From Wolbachia endosymbiont of Dirofilaria (Dirofilaria) immitis (GTDB taxonomy: Bacteria > Pseudomonadota > Alphaproteobacteria > Rickettsiales > Anaplasmataceae): a DNA stretch of 32,000 nucleotides. Where the stretch lies: positions 420,001 to 452,000 of the forward strand of contig NZ_CP046578.1 of NCBI RefSeq assembly GCF_013365455.1. The letters are read 5' to 3'. The notes beneath the pieces are model-generated. The model saw only the letters and a program-made list of their open reading frames with translations, did no database searches and had not been told where the DNA came from. Positions 30,566-32,000 of this stretch are shown in pieces (positions within the stretch are counted from its first letter, which is position 1; each line of letters begins with the position of its first letter). A program made the position numbers and the translations under genes.

Positions 30566-32000
30566 CTATTTTATAACCGGCGGTTTTTCGAAAGTATGAA
30601 AAGGTGGTGGTGAAGATACTGTCCATTCTAAGGTATCACCTCCCCAAGGGTTATCTTCAACTTTTTTACCCCATTTAAATAAATGTATAATTATGAATAT
30701 AAAAAGCATAACTGAAATGAAGGACATATATGAACCAATCGAGGATATATAGTTCCAAGGAATAAATGCATCAGGGTAATCAGGTATGCGCCTTGGCATA
30801 CCAGCTAACCCTAAGAAATGCTGAGGCAAAAAGGTGATATTAGTACTAATAAAAGTAAACCAAAAGTGTATTTTTCCTAGGGACTCATTATACTGCCTAC
30901 CTGACATTTTACCTATCCAATAGTAAAAGCCAGCGAAGGCTCCAAATAATACAGCTATTGACATAACATAATGAAAATGAGCAACAATATAATATGTATC
31001 ATGTAATAGCCTATCCACTCCACCTTGAGATGAAATTACTCCAGTTACACCGCCTCCTACAAACATAAAAATGAAACCTAGTGCGAACAGCATAGGAGTC
31101 TTAAGTTCAATTGCTCCACCCCACATAGTTGCAATCCAGCTAAATACTTTAACACCGGTTATAACACCAATAAAAATTGTGCTAGTACTAAAAAATATAA
31201 TAGCATCTTCACTAAGTCCAACAGTAAACATATGATGAGCCCAGACTATAAAACCAAATGTTGCTATCGCTATCATAGCATAAACCATCCCTATATAACC
31301 AAACACTGGTCTATGAGAAAAAGTTGACACGACCTGGCTTATGATACCAAACGCAGGGAAAATAATGATATAAACCTCTGGATGACCGAAAAACCAAAAT
31401 AGATGTTGAAATAATACAGGATCACCACCACCAGCTGGATTAAAAAAGGAAGTACCAATATTACGGTCAGTAAGTAGCATAGTTATAGCACCAGCAAGTA
31501 CTGGTAAAGCAATAATTAACATAAATGAAGTCAACAAAATAGACCAAACAAATAGTGGCATCTTAGTTAATGACATACCTTTTGCACGCATATTAAATAT
31601 AGTGACTATAAAGTTGATTGCTCCAACAATTGAAGACATACCAGCAATATGAAGTGCAAATATAGCAAGGTCAACTCCTGCACCTGGGTGGAACATGATT
31701 TGTGACAAAGGTGGATATAAAGTCCACCCTGTTCCAGGACCTTCACCAGCAAATACTGAGAGAAGGAGCAAAATAAAAGATGACACTAATAACCAAAAAC
31801 TTAGATTATTCATACGAGGAAATGCCATGTCTGGTGAACCAATCATGAGAGGAACAAACCAATTACCAAATCCTCCCATTAGAGCTGGCATTATCATAAA
31901 AAATACCATTATTACTGCATGTCCTGTAACTATTACGTTATATAGTTGATAATTACTACCTAGTATATTGATATGCATTAGCTGAGTACGAATAATTATT
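30566..32000 (-). CDS. coxA: Cytochrome c oxidase subunit I (aa3-type); the N-terminus lies beyond the right edge of the window
   Basis: Heme-copper oxidase subunit I signatures are [26 protein letters not shown] and [13 protein letters not shown]. The track ORF begins at an internal Met (31978) and the frame stays open to the window edge. Confidence 0.9.
   Translation of the reverse strand, partial: IIIRTQLMHINILGSNYQLYNVIVTGHAVIMVFFMIMPALMGGFGNWFVPLMIGSPDMAFPRMNNLSFWLLVSSFILLLLSVFAGEGPGTGWTLYPPLSQIMFHPGAGVDLAIFALHIAGMSSIVGAINFIVTIFNMRAKGMSLTKMPLFVWSILLTSFMLIIALPVLAGAITMLLTDRNIGTSFFNPAGGGDPVLFQHLFWFFGHPEVYIIIFPAFGIISQVVSTFSHRPVFGYIGMVYAMIAIATFGFIVWAHHMFTVGLSEDAIIFFSTSTIFIGVITGVKVFSWIATMWGGAIELKTPMLFALGFIFMFVGGGVTGVISSQGGVDRLLHDTYYIVAHFHYVMSIAVLFGAFAGFYYWIGKMSGRQYNESLGKIHFWFTFISTNITFLPQHFLGLAGMPRRIPDYPDAFIPWNYISSIGSYMSFISVMLFIFIIIHLFKWGKKVEDNPWGGDTLEWTVSSPPPFHTFEKPPVIK

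Noticed and set aside
1-32000. Search for CRISPR arrays, tandem repeat arrays, rRNA, tmRNA, RNase P or SRP RNA signatures, IS transposases, phage or T4SS genes, and toxin-antitoxin or other defence modules
   Set aside because: I saw no regularly spaced direct repeats, no conserved ncRNA core strings (for example GAGGAAAGTCC or tmRNA/SRP cores), and no ORFs with the corresponding motifs. The window is a housekeeping region with decayed spacers. Detection by eye is imperfect for short or diverged elements.

Overview
The window reads as AT-rich, reduced alphaproteobacterial DNA from a Rickettsiales endosymbiont. The gene set is a peptidoglycan D,D-carboxypeptidase, pyrF, hemF, gap, a CckA-type hybrid kinase, an archaeal-style ValRS and an ankyrin-repeat gene fragment. 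Together with about 32% GC by eye, this fits Wolbachia (Anaplasmataceae) best; that assignment is inference. I support 17 conserved housekeeping protein genes plus one doubtful small ORF: pheT (partial), a D-Ala-D-Ala carboxypeptidase, valS, pyrF, hemF, cckA, dnaJ, pdhB, mgtE, prfB with its programmed +1 frameshift, typA, gap, tatC, a 1022-aa AsmA/YhdP-like envelope protein, rnhA, ctaB and coxA (partial). There is also one tRNA-Arg(ACG). From my coordinates only about 74% of the window is coding. Five gaps of 0.9-2 kb contain no intact genes but do contain frame-broken remnants: a membrane-protein pseudogene, an ankyrin-repeat fragment and a decayed partial copy of pyrF. I found no CRISPR array, prophage, intact transposase, secretion system, toxin-antitoxin or defence island, and I cannot honestly point to a new multi-gene system here. 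The items most worth a second look are as follows. (1) A 50-bp near-perfect inverted repeat bracketing 188 bp, 17 nt after the cckA stop. (2) An in-frame segment of about 40 codons in valS whose DNA looks like a decayed palindromic repeat. (3) A degenerate partial duplication of the pyrF 5' end directly upstream of pyrF. (4) A small Cys-rich membrane ORF next to tRNA-Arg whose coding strand is ambiguous. Several ORF-track starts (valS, pyrF, dnaJ, prfB) are non-ATG extensions, and I trimmed them to the downstream ATG that matches the conserved N-terminus.
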